Below are positions 55,597-64,000 of a stretch of 64,000 nucleotides of DNA, piece by piece. The stretch is from NCBI GenBank assembly GCA_049519175.1, contig JBEKQZ010000001.1, forward strand, positions 107,311 through 171,310, written 5' to 3'. Under the pieces are notes generated by a model. That model did no database searches. It was not told the origin of the DNA and saw nothing but the letters and a program-made list of their open reading frames with translations. Position numbers and translations under genes: made by a program. The DNA comes from Candidatus Levyibacteriota bacterium (GTDB lineage: Bacteria > Patescibacteriota > Microgenomatia > Levybacterales > UBA12049). Position 1 is the first letter of the stretch. Each line of letters starts with the position of its first letter.

Positions 55597-56172
55597 ATGT
55601 TTGCAGATTTAATAACATCAAAATCAAGAATAAAATTGTTGAACGTTTTTTTAAGTTCTCCTAACGACATGATTCACGTCCGGGAACTTGTCAGAAGGAC
55701 TAATGATGAAATTAATGCGGTCAGAAGAGAGCTGGCATTCCTGGAGAAAAAAGGCATTCTAACCCGCGAACCGCGCGCCAACCGAGTTTATTATTTCCTC
55801 AACAAAAACTATCCATTCTATTATGATTTACTGCGAATTGGTTCAAAAAGCGTTGGTTTGGGTGCGGAAATTCTTAAAAATAAAGTTAAGCTCGGAAGAA
55901 TAAAATACGCGATGTTCTCGGGAAGGTTTTTAAGAAAAATGAAAGAACAGCAGGACGAAGTAGACCTTCTAATTGTCGGTAACGTCGTTTTACCCGAGCT
56001 GGCGCTTTTGGTTAGGGAAGAAGAAAAAAGACTAAACACGGAAATAAATTACACGGTGATGACCGAGGAAGAATTTAGTTTTAGAAGAAAGAAAAGAGAT
56101 CCATTTATAATTTCTATTCTGGCCGGTTCCAGAGTGGTGCTAATTGGCGACGAAGAATCCATGCTCTCATGA
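55597..56172 (+). CDS. putative winged-helix transcriptional regulator with uncharacterised C-terminal domain
   Basis: N-terminal wHTH-like segment (SRIKLLNVFLSSPNDMIHVRELVRRTNDEINAVRRELAFLEKKGILT). The C-terminus is unassigned. Overlaps the secD start by 4 nt. Confidence 0.45.
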   Translation: MFADLITSKSRIKLLNVFLSSPNDMIHVRELVRRTNDEINAVRRELAFLEKKGILTREPRANRVYYFLNKNYPFYYDLLRIGSKSVGLGAEILKNKVKLGRIKYAMFSGRFLRKMKEQQDEVDLLIVGNVVLPELALLVREEEKRLNTEINYTVMTEEEFSFRRKKRDPFIISILAGSRVVLIGDEESMLS

Positions 56173-57515
56173 GAAAAAATCCACGTTACCTTTTGTGGTT
56201 AATCATCGGTTTGACTATTGCGGCTGTTTTTATTAACTTACCGAAATTTTCCAATGTGCATATTGCCGGCAAAACTTTTAATTTTGACCCCAACTCAATC
56301 TTCACCACTTTAAAAATTAATCAAACACTTAATTTTAGGGAAGGCTTGGATTTAAAAGGCGGAACCAGTTTGGTGCTGAGGGCAAATATGAAAAATATCG
56401 CTTCCGACGAAAGAAGCGCCGCTTTAGATTCTGCTAAAACCGTCATCGAGAATAGGGTAAATTTATTTGGAGTTTCAGAACCATTAGTGCAAACAGAAAT
56501 TACCAATAATAATGATTACCGGATCAATGTGGAAATCCCGGGAGTGACAGATGTCAATCAAGTCAGAACCTTAATTGGTACTACAGCACAGCTGACTTTC
56601 TGGGAACAAATTGCCAGTTCCGCGGCCAAACTTGGGTCCCCAGACTATGTTATCCTGAATACTCCCCAGGGACAGTTATATCTTAAAAAAACTAACCTAA
56701 CCGGATCCGATTTAAAACAGACAAGCGTCGGATTTGATCAGAAAGGACTTCCTGAAGTACAACTTGTTTTCACTGCGGCAGGAACAAAAAAATTTGCCGA
56801 TTTAACCCAAAGACTAGTTGGGAAAACATTGGCAATCGCTTTAGACAATCAATTTATCGAAACACCAACAGTACAGTCTGTGATACCGGACGGTAACGGA
56901 GTAATTAACGGTAATTTTACCACCGACTCGGCGAATCAATTAAGCACAGAGCTAAATGCTGGAGCCTTACCGGTTTCCTTGAGTATTCTATCTAGCAGTA
57001 TTGTTGAGCCGACACTTGGTAGCGTGTCTTTAGCTAAAAGTCTTTTTGCCGGAGTACTAGGCTTTATTATCATCGTTGTCTTTATGACGACCTTATATAA
57101 AAAATTGGGGTTAATCGCCAGTTTGGCTTTAACTTTGTATACACTGTTTGTTCTAGCCATTTTTAAATTAAGTTCAATCACTCCATACGGAATAACTTTA
57201 ACTCTTTCCGGAATTGCCGGCTTTATTCTTTCTATCGGCATGGCCGTTGACGCCAACATTTTAATTTTCGAAAGAATGAAAGAGGAACTGCGGCAGGGGA
57301 AATCGCACGAAACGGCGATTGAATTAGGCTTTTCCAGGGCTTGGACATCAATTCGGGATTCAAATATCTCGACTTTAATCACCAGTTTTGTTTTATACGA
57401 ATTCGGCACGGGAATGGTTAAAGGCTTTGCGCTGGTGCTGGCAATCGGAGTTCTAGTCTCGATGTTTTCGGCCATTGTGGTTACCAGAACATTTTTAAGG
57501 TTAATTTATAAATAA
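56169..57515 (+). CDS. secD: protein translocase subunit SecD
   Basis: N-terminal TM, large periplasmic domain (GLDLKGGTSLVL), C-terminal 5-TM bundle with conserved ...VDANILIFERMKEE... Confidence 0.9.
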   Translation: MRKNPRYLLWLIIGLTIAAVFINLPKFSNVHIAGKTFNFDPNSIFTTLKINQTLNFREGLDLKGGTSLVLRANMKNIASDERSAALDSAKTVIENRVNLFGVSEPLVQTEITNNNDYRINVEIPGVTDVNQVRTLIGTTAQLTFWEQIASSAAKLGSPDYVILNTPQGQLYLKKTNLTGSDLKQTSVGFDQKGLPEVQLVFTAAGTKKFADLTQRLVGKTLAIALDNQFIETPTVQSVIPDGNGVINGNFTTDSANQLSTELNAGALPVSLSILSSSIVEPTLGSVSLAKSLFAGVLGFIIIVVFMTTLYKKLGLIASLALTLYTLFVLAIFKLSSITPYGITLTLSGIAGFILSIGMAVDANILIFERMKEELRQGKSHETAIELGFSRAWTSIRDSNISTLITSFVLYEFGTGMVKGFALVLAIGVLVSMFSAIVVTRTFLRLIYK

Positions 57516-57516
57516 G

Positions 57517-58422
57517 ATGAAAATAAATATTATCGGTAAAAAATATTGGTACTTTTTACTATCACTAATTGTGATTGTGCCGGGGGTTATTTCCTTAATC
57601 CTTTTCGGACTTAATCTTTCGGTTGAATTTACGGGCGGTTCTAATTTAACGCTCGCTTTCCCCAGTAAAGTTTCCAGTAGGGAGTTGACGCAAATTTCTA
57701 ATATCTTTACGCAAAATAAAATTAAAATCCAAAATATAACTACTTCCGGCAATCAAGTTCTTATTAAATCGCAACCGGTCGATCAAAATCAGGATATATT
57801 AATTACACAGGAGATAAAAACCAGTTTAGGAAATTTTGACCAACAATCATACGAAACAATTGGTCCGACCATCGGCGCGGAGACTTTGCAAAACGCCATT
57901 TACGCTTTAATCGTGGCTTCAATCTTAATTGTCATTTATATTACATGGTCATTTCGCAGTGTGCCAAAACCGACTAGCAGTTTCCGGTTTGGAGTATGCG
58001 CAATTATTGCTTTAATTCATGATGTTTTAGTTTTAATCGGACTATTTTCAATTTTTGGCCATTTCTTTGGCGTTGAAGTGGATAGTTTATTTGTGACAGC
58101 GGTACTAACGGTAATCGGGTTTTCGGTTCATGACACGATTGTTGTTTTTGACAGAATCAGGGAGAACTTAAGAAGAGTCGGTGGGGAAAATTTTGCCGAA
58201 GTGGTTAATGACTCAATTCTGCAAACACTTGACCGCTCACTCAACACTTCATTAACGGTTATTCTAGTTCTAATCGCGCTTTTGATTTTTGGCGGAGAGA
58301 CAATCAGGTGGTTTGTGGTGGCGCTTCTAATCGGAATAACGTCGGGAACTTATTCTTCAATTTTCAATGCCTCACCGCTGTTGGTAGTCTGGCAGGACTT
58401 AATTCAAAGAAGAAGAAAATAG
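57517..58422 (+). CDS. secF: protein translocase subunit SecF
   Basis: Starts 1 nt after secD. SecF TM core (FGVEVDSLFVTAVLTVIGFSVHDTIVVFDRIREN). Confidence 0.9.
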   Translation: MKINIIGKKYWYFLLSLIVIVPGVISLILFGLNLSVEFTGGSNLTLAFPSKVSSRELTQISNIFTQNKIKIQNITTSGNQVLIKSQPVDQNQDILITQEIKTSLGNFDQQSYETIGPTIGAETLQNAIYALIVASILIVIYITWSFRSVPKPTSSFRFGVCAIIALIHDVLVLIGLFSIFGHFFGVEVDSLFVTAVLTVIGFSVHDTIVVFDRIRENLRRVGGENFAEVVNDSILQTLDRSLNTSLTVILVLIALLIFGGETIRWFVVALLIGITSGTYSSIFNASPLLVVWQDLIQRRRK

Positions 58423-58426
58423 CAAA

Positions 58427-58675
58427 TTAAAAGTCGTAATGACCTTCCATTTTTGCTTCAACGCAGCCTAAAGCGAATCTTCTTCTATCTTGTTTTGCTC
58501 TTGAGCAACCACCTTCAGCTAGTCTAGCAAAAAGATTTCTCCTATTAACGTCCAGTCTTTCGTAATACCCCATATCAGTAGTTTCGCGATAGCTTCTGCG
58601 TCCGTCTTTAACAGTAATAACGGAGCCGTCAACAGCTCCTTCAGAAGCAGAATGTGAAGGTCTTTCTAAATCCAT
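58427..58675 (-). CDS. hypothetical protein (82 aa)
   Basis: Last ORF of the cca-yqeY minus-strand cluster. No recognisable domain. Confidence 0.35.
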   Translation of the reverse strand: MDLERPSHSASEGAVDGSVITVKDGRRSYRETTDMGYYERLDVNRRNLFARLAEGGCSRAKQDRRRFALGCVEAKMEGHYDF

Positions 58676-58707
58676 GAAGGGAAGTTTATCTTATAATATT
58701 GAAATTG

Positions 58708-59157
58708 TCAAGAGAGGTTTTGTTTAACGATTGAGCTGACTAAATTGCCGTCGGCTTTTCCTTTTACTTTTGGCATTAAAGCCCCCATTAATTTCCCCAT
58801 ATCGGCCATTGAGGTCGCACCGGTTTGCGTAATTGCCTCTTTAACCAATTTTGTAATTTCTTCTTCCGACATTTGCTGAGGTAAGTAAACACTCAAGAAT
58901 TCTAATTCTTTAGTTTCTTTATCAACCAATTCTTGTCTGCCCGCGGTTTTAAATTGTTCAATTGAATCTCTTCTTTGCTTGGCTTGGTTTTGCGTGACGG
59001 TTAAAATATCTTCTTCAGTGGCTTGATATCCAGCGCCGCCTTTTTCAATTTCGTAATAATTAATAGCCGACAACAGCATTCTTAAAACCGAAGTTTTCAA
59101 TTCGTTTCTGGCAAGCATTGATTGTTTTAGTTCCTCTTGTAGCTGTTGCTTAGTCAT
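58708..59157 (-). CDS. yqeY: GatB/YqeY domain protein
   Basis: 149 aa all-helical protein with YqeY-type sequence (LKQSMLARNELKTSVLRMLLSAI...AKQRRDSIEQF...). Confidence 0.8.
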   Translation of the reverse strand: MTKQQLQEELKQSMLARNELKTSVLRMLLSAINYYEIEKGGAGYQATEEDILTVTQNQAKQRRDSIEQFKTAGRQELVDKETKELEFLSVYLPQQMSEEEITKLVKEAITQTGATSMADMGKLMGALMPKVKGKADGNLVSSIVKQNLS

Positions 59158-59169
59158 GAACTTATTCTA

Positions 59170-60540
59170 TCAGATTTTCTTTCCCAGTTCTTGAATTCTT
59201 TTTTCCAGATAATCTTTATTGTTCTTCGATAAATCTTCGTCGACCTCCGCAAACAGTTCGTTCAAAATTTTTCCAATAACAGGTCCCGGTTTAATGTTTA
59301 ATATCCGCATCACGTCATTGCCATCTACCGCCATATCGTTGATGGAAAACGGCGCCGGTTTCAATTGCTCTTCGATTTTTTCTTTGAATAATTTTAACCG
59401 CCAGCTCTCGGCTGTTTGTGTGCCGCCGCCCAGCCGGTCGGCAACTCTTAAATCCATCATATCTTTAACATTATCAACGCCGATTTTCCGAATAAATCTT
59501 CTGATGGCCGCGTCGGTCTGATTTTCATTAACCGAAAACATATGTTGTCTAATTAGCATTACAACTTTCTCCTTTTCTTTTTTGGAAAATCTTAAACGGT
59601 CGCAGATTTCTGCCACAATTTTTGCTCCGGCAACTTCATGATTATGGAAAATAACATATCCTTCCTTGTCTTCTCCGGCAACCTTAGGTTTTCCGGCGTC
59701 ATGCAAAAGTGTGGCAAAGCGAACAAGAGGATCTTTTGATGGACAAAATTTCAGTGACAAAAGATTATGCGTAAAAACATCGGTGGTATGATGGCGTCCC
59801 GGTCTAACTTGTGAAACGCCGATGCCTTCCAAAAGTTCGGGCAAAATAAAGCCTAACAGTCCGGAATCCTTTAAAAGCATTACGCCCTCATATGGATGTT
59901 CGCTTCCCAAAATCCGCAACAGCTCAATTTTGATTCTTTCGGCTGATATATTTTTAATTAAAGCGCAATCTTCGACAATCTTTTCCCAAGTTTTTTTCTC
60001 GATTGTAAATGTAAGTTCGGTGGCAATTCGGACAGCCCGTAAAAGTCTTAAGGCGTCTTCTTTAAAGCGTAGATTCGGGTCGCCAACTGCCCTGATAATT
60101 TTTTTCTTTAAATCCTTCTCACCATCGTAAGGATCAACTATTTCAAAAACATTCTTGTCATTAATGCGAAGCGCGATAGCGTTAACGGTAAAATCTCTTC
60201 TTCCTAAATCTTCTCCCAGCGTTTTCCCCCAAGAGACTTTTTCGGGATGCCGGTTGTCTTTATAAGCGGTTTCGGTCCGGTAGGTGGTGACTTCGGCGAC
60301 GTGGCCTTCTTTACCAATTTTCACCGGTATACCAACCGTGCCAAACTCATTATTGTAAAAACCGTTAGGAAATATTTTGAGGATTTGTTCTGGGATAGCG
60401 TTGGTGGTTAAGTCCCAATCCTTAATTCTCCGTTTTAAGAGTAAATCCCGAACACTTCCGCCGACAAAATAGGCTTCGAAATTGTTTTCTTCCAGAGTTT
60501 TATAGACTTTTAAAACTTGGTCTGGAATAACGTTTGCCAT
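59170..60540 (-). CDS. cca: CCA-adding enzyme / tRNA nucleotidyltransferase with HD domain
   Basis: Pol-beta NTase head (FVGGSVRDLLLKRRIKDWDLTT) and HD domain (HTTDVFTHNL...LLHDAGK). Confidence 0.85.
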   Translation of the reverse strand: MANVIPDQVLKVYKTLEENNFEAYFVGGSVRDLLLKRRIKDWDLTTNAIPEQILKIFPNGFYNNEFGTVGIPVKIGKEGHVAEVTTYRTETAYKDNRHPEKVSWGKTLGEDLGRRDFTVNAIALRINDKNVFEIVDPYDGEKDLKKKIIRAVGDPNLRFKEDALRLLRAVRIATELTFTIEKKTWEKIVEDCALIKNISAERIKIELLRILGSEHPYEGVMLLKDSGLLGFILPELLEGIGVSQVRPGRHHTTDVFTHNLLSLKFCPSKDPLVRFATLLHDAGKPKVAGEDKEGYVIFHNHEVAGAKIVAEICDRLRFSKKEKEKVVMLIRQHMFSVNENQTDAAIRRFIRKIGVDNVKDMMDLRVADRLGGGTQTAESWRLKLFKEKIEEQLKPAPFSINDMAVDGNDVMRILNIKPGPVIGKILNELFAEVDEDLSKNNKDYLEKRIQELGKKI

Positions 60541-60571
60541 ATTTGTTATAGTATAGCAGAATATAATCTTT

Positions 60572-62281
60572 ATGAAAAAATGGCAGGTTCAAAATAAGTC
60601 CAAAACTAAGGATCTCATTTCACTTCTTCTGCAAAACCGGAATATCAAAACAAAAGTAGAAAGAGAAAGGTTTTTGCATCCCAAACTTGCGGAAGTCACC
60701 ACTCAAGTGGTCAAAATAAGTGAGAAAGAATTAAAAAAAGCCTTACGAAGAATTCAGAAAGCCATCAAGAATAAAGAGAGAATAATTATTTTTGGTGATT
60801 ATGACGTTGACGGAATTTGCGGAACGGCCATTCTATGGGAGACGCTAAATGCCTTGGGTGCCAATGTTCTTCCCTATATTCCCAGCCGTTTTGAAGAAGG
60901 ATATGGACTGTCGGAAATTGGAATCAATAACTTAAAAGAAAAATATAGTGATTGTTCATTAATAATCACCGTTGATAACGGAATCGTGGCCAACGAGGCA
61001 GTGGATTTTGCCAACAAAAATGGCATGGATGTTATCATAACTGACCATCACGTTCCAACTAAAAAATTACCTAAGTCTTTGGCAATTGTCCACACGACTC
61101 TTCTATGTGGAACCGGCGTCGCATGGTTGTTAGCTCAAAAACTATGGGGTCCTGTCGCCGATTTCCCTCCCGCCAGTGCTCACTCACGACTCACTGGTCT
61201 GCGCGCTGTCGGGGACCCTTCCATCGGCACCACCTCTACGAGGAACCATCTCGAATTAGTTGTCTTGGCGACGATTGCGGATTTAGTGCCTTTAACCGGA
61301 GCAAATAGAATTTTAGTTTATTATGGTTTGCAAAAATTACGGGCAACAAAAAGAGTAGGTTTATTAGCATTAATCAATAAAGCGGGAATTAAAAAAGATG
61401 AAATCGGCACTTACGAAATTGGACACCTGCTCGCACCAAGATTAAATGCGATGGGAAGACTGGCCAGTGCTATGGACTCATTAAGATTAATTTGTACTGC
61501 GGATAAAAAGAAAGCGGAAAAATTTTCGGAACTTCTTAATCAAACTAATTTGGAAAGACAGCAAATAACCCAAGAAGCTCTAGTACATGCCAAAAACAAA
61601 GTTACCAAAGAAGGTCTCAAAAATCTAATTTTTATCGCCGATGAAAGTTATCAACAGGGAATTGTCGGATTAGTGGCCGGAAGAATGGTGGAGGAATATT
61701 ACCGTCCTTCAATCATAATTTCCAAAGGAGAAAAATACAGCCGCGCGTCAGCAAGATCAGTTAAAGGTTTTAACATTATCGAATTTCTAAGAAGTGCTTC
61801 GGATTTACTGGTGGACATTGGTGGACATCCAATGGCAGCCGGTTTTACCGTTGAGAATTCAAAGTTAGAAGTTCTAGAGAAAAGACTTTACAAAAGTGCA
61901 CAAAAATTATTAACCAAAGAACATCTGGAAAGAATTTTACGGATTGATTGTAAACTAGATTCAACCCTTATCAATTACGAAACCTACGCCTTAATTCAAC
62001 AACTGGCGCCGTTTGGCATGGCAAATCCCGAACCGACCTTTTTAACCAAAAATTTAATAGTTCAAGATATCAGAATTGTCGGCAAAGACGGAAAACATCT
62101 CAAGTTAAGATTTAGAAATCAAAATTCGGGAGTGATGCTTAACGGAATTGCTTTTGGAATGGGCGAGGATTCAAAATTAACAATCGGTGATAAAGTGGAT
62201 GTTGTTTACACGCTTTCGGATAACAGTTGGGGGAACCAGCAAAACATCGAACTAAAAATTAAGGACGTTTCGGTTTCTTAA
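60572..62281 (+). CDS. recJ: single-stranded-DNA-specific exonuclease RecJ
   Basis: DHH motifs (IIIFGDYDVDGICGTAIL, VIITDHH), DHHA1 (GGHPMAAGF), C-terminal OB fold. Contains an atypical GC-rich insertion at 61141-61260. Confidence 0.9.
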   Translation: MKKWQVQNKSKTKDLISLLLQNRNIKTKVERERFLHPKLAEVTTQVVKISEKELKKALRRIQKAIKNKERIIIFGDYDVDGICGTAILWETLNALGANVLPYIPSRFEEGYGLSEIGINNLKEKYSDCSLIITVDNGIVANEAVDFANKNGMDVIITDHHVPTKKLPKSLAIVHTTLLCGTGVAWLLAQKLWGPVADFPPASAHSRLTGLRAVGDPSIGTTSTRNHLELVVLATIADLVPLTGANRILVYYGLQKLRATKRVGLLALINKAGIKKDEIGTYEIGHLLAPRLNAMGRLASAMDSLRLICTADKKKAEKFSELLNQTNLERQQITQEALVHAKNKVTKEGLKNLIFIADESYQQGIVGLVAGRMVEEYYRPSIIISKGEKYSRASARSVKGFNIIEFLRSASDLLVDIGGHPMAAGFTVENSKLEVLEKRLYKSAQKLLTKEHLERILRIDCKLDSTLINYETYALIQQLAPFGMANPEPTFLTKNLIVQDIRIVGKDGKHLKLRFRNQNSGVMLNGIAFGMGEDSKLTIGDKVDVVYTLSDNSWGNQQNIELKIKDVSVS

Positions 62282-63149
62282 CATTAGCAATAAGTCTATT
62301 GCACGCTTCTGCTATTAAACTAATGACATAGTTTCTTCCCTCAAGAGTACTGGATTGATACAGTGCTTTTAAACTTGATGGATCCGGAAATCTTTCGGAA
62401 TCTACCGTAATTCCCTCTACGGCCCTCAGTCTTTTAAGAGTATCTATTCCATGATGAAAACTTACGCTTGAAGCTTCCAACATTTTTTCTCTTAAGGTTT
62501 TTGAAATGCCTATTTTCCCCAAACCTGAAGCATTAGAGAAACTTTCCTCAAGTTTTATCCTTTGTGCCTCCGCTTCTTCACTGGAAAATCCCATTCTTTC
62601 CCTTAGTATCCTTTCCCATTCTTGGGCATAGACGGGAAATTGACCTAAGAGTATTTCGCCATTAATCTCTTTTAGGCGTGCACCGATGTCGACACGTTCT
62701 CTTCTCGTTGCGTTTTTAAACTTTCTATTCCAGAGCTCCATTTTTCTCTGAAGCAGATCAGGAGCTGTTCCTGCTTCTAGGGACAGTTCTTTATGTAGTG
62801 TCAGATTTGACTCAAAAAGTTTTGACAACTGCACATCAATACTACTAATTACATCATGATGCAATTGTCGTTGAAGAGCGCTACCGGAAATTAGAAACAT
62901 GTTAATTGCTGTTTTGGTATCTTCGCCAACTAATTCAGGATTTCCTCCTAATGTAATTACAGTTGCGGCAAAAGTTCCCATTTCCCTAATATACCTCTCG
63001 ATATTTTTTTGTTGTTTGTTTTCAATGGAGGATATCCCGTGGTCTACCACTCCTTGTGCTAATCCACGCCGAACTACTTTATCCAGCGCTTTTGGGTTGG
63101 GTTGCGGTAAGGGTTTGATATCAGCTAATGTGCGACGAATAGTTTCCAT
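62259..63149 (-). CDS. hypothetical protein (296 aa), function unknown
   Basis: Long ORF with coding-like composition. Its 3' end overlaps recJ's 3' end by 23 nt, convergently. No motif recognised. Confidence 0.5.
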   Translation of the reverse strand: METIRRTLADIKPLPQPNPKALDKVVRRGLAQGVVDHGISSIENKQQKNIERYIREMGTFAATVITLGGNPELVGEDTKTAINMFLISGSALQRQLHHDVISSIDVQLSKLFESNLTLHKELSLEAGTAPDLLQRKMELWNRKFKNATRRERVDIGARLKEINGEILLGQFPVYAQEWERILRERMGFSSEEAEAQRIKLEESFSNASGLGKIGISKTLREKMLEASSVSFHHGIDTLKRLRAVEGITVDSERFPDPSSLKALYQSSTLEGRNYVISLIAEACNRLIANVKKPKRP

Positions 63150-63207
63150 ATGATTTCGTAGGACAAGTTATACTATAAGATGATTATTTTAACATTGGTG
63201 AGGCTTC

Positions 63208-63236
63208 TTGTCAAGCAAGCGAATCTAATGTATTAT
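63208..63236 (+). promoter_or_regulatory. sigma70-like promoter (TTGTCA-17-TATTAT) upstream of the AspRS-like gene; very short 5' UTR
   Basis: -35 at 63208-13, -10 at 63231-36. ATG at 63246, only 9 nt downstream, with no SD. Confidence 0.35.
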
Positions 63237-63245
63237 GTAAAAGCG

Positions 63246-64000
63246 ATGGGTAAATCAAAAAGAGTTTTATCTTCCAAGGCAGCAGAATTTGCCGGAGAAG
63301 CAGTAACGATTAAAGGTTGGGTGAGAATCCGAAGGGATCACGGCAAATTAATTTTCCTCGATATTAGAGATAAAAACGGAATTATTCAGGTCGTTGTCAA
63401 TCCCAGAGTTTCGGAGGAAGCATATAAAGTGGCACAGGAACTCCGGCCGGAGTTTGCGGTAGAAATTACCGGTAACGTCAATAAACGTCCGGAAAATGCG
63501 ATCAATAAGGATATCGCTAGTGGAACAATTGAAATCGAAGCTACCGAAATCAAAATTCTAGCCAGAGCCGAAACCTTACCGTTCGATACGGGAGAAGCCA
63601 AGTTGAATTTGGAATTACCCACGCTTTTAGACCACCGCTCATTAACCTTAAGACATCCGAGTATCGCCGAGATTTTTAAAGTGCAGGAAGCAGTCGCTGG
63701 GTCTTTTCGCAGCGCTGCGGAAAAATTAGGTTGTGTGGAAATTTTTGTGCCGACCATTTCGGCGTCGGCGACCGAAGGCGGCGCAGAAGTTTTCAAACTG
63801 GATTATTATGGCCACAATGCCTATCTGACACAAAGTCCGCAGTTGTATAAACAAATTATGGTTGGGGTATTTGAAAGAGTTTACACTTTTTCGCACGCTT
63901 ACCGCGCCGAACCGTCGGTAACTGCCAGACACCTAGCAGAGGTAGTTCAACTGGATGTTGAAATCGGTTTTATCGATTCTTTTACAGAATTATTAGACGT
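63246..64000 (+). CDS. aspS: aspartate--tRNA ligase, archaeal/eukaryal type (AspRS/AsnRS family); the 3' end lies outside the window
   Basis: The frame is open from ATG 63246 to the window end. N-terminal OB anticodon-binding domain (GWVRIRRDHGKLIFLDIRD) and class II motif 2 (SHAYRAEPSVTARHLAEVVQLDVE). Confidence 0.8.
   Translation, partial: MGKSKRVLSSKAAEFAGEAVTIKGWVRIRRDHGKLIFLDIRDKNGIIQVVVNPRVSEEAYKVAQELRPEFAVEITGNVNKRPENAINKDIASGTIEIEATEIKILARAETLPFDTGEAKLNLELPTLLDHRSLTLRHPSIAEIFKVQEAVAGSFRSAAEKLGCVEIFVPTISASATEGGAEVFKLDYYGHNAYLTQSPQLYKQIMVGVFERVYTFSHAYRAEPSVTARHLAEVVQLDVEIGFIDSFTELLD

Noticed and set aside
1-64000. Looked for CRISPR arrays, transposases/IS inverted repeats, integrases, phage structural genes, and toxin-antitoxin pairs
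   Set aside because: I found no regularly spaced direct repeats, no DDE/serine/tyrosine recombinase-like ORFs, and no phage-like blocks. The window appears to be stable core chromosome.

Overview
This is a dense, roughly 40% GC bacterial window, mostly on the + strand, with short intergenic spacers and overlapping stop/start codons. The gene content is almost entirely housekeeping.

Genes I can support from the sequence:
- Ribosomal and transcription: rpoA C-terminus, rplQ, rplM, rpsI, greA, prfB, and an ECF sigma factor.
- Recombination and nucleases: recA-recX, rny, recJ, an rmuC-like gene, and a UvrD-type helicase fused to a Cas4/RecB-like nuclease.
- tRNA and translation factors: class I lysRS, serS, an archaeal/Asn-type aspS at the window end, cca, and the full t6A set (tsaD, tsaE, tsaC, and a truncated tsaB).
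- Secretion and division: secA, secD, secF, and ftsE/ftsX followed by a coiled-coil cysteine-peptidase gene.
- Metabolism: a tdh-kbl-acs-CoA-binding cluster, an archaeal-type PPAT/DPCK fusion, and a nucleotide-sugar and glycosylation block (rmlA/B/D, ugd, rmd/gmd, uxs, GT2-GtrA, ArnT-like GT).
- Two unannotated RNA genes: tRNA-Pro(GGG) and RNase P RNA on the minus strand.

Several traits suggest a reduced-genome Patescibacteria/CPR-like organism. These are class I LysRS, archaeal-type CoA enzymes, archaeal-type AspRS, an RF2 with no frameshift, a 106-aa TsaB, many small membrane-anchored hypothetical proteins and PT-rich surface proteins. That is inference only. I see no CRISPR array, transposase, integrase or prophage block.

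I did not find a clear defence-island-type novel system. The candidates I would look at again are:
1. An FtsEX, coiled-coil papain-like peptidase and surface-protein module.
2. A Lys-rich mini-ORF with alternative hairpins and a terminator directly upstream of secA.
3. A single-chain helicase-nuclease next to RmuC and RNase P RNA.
4. A polyprenyl-phosphate-pentose glycosylation module (ugd-uxs-GT2/GtrA-ArnT-like).
5. A few conserved-looking proteins of unknown function (296 aa, 291-aa NTase fold, 47-aa zinc ribbon).
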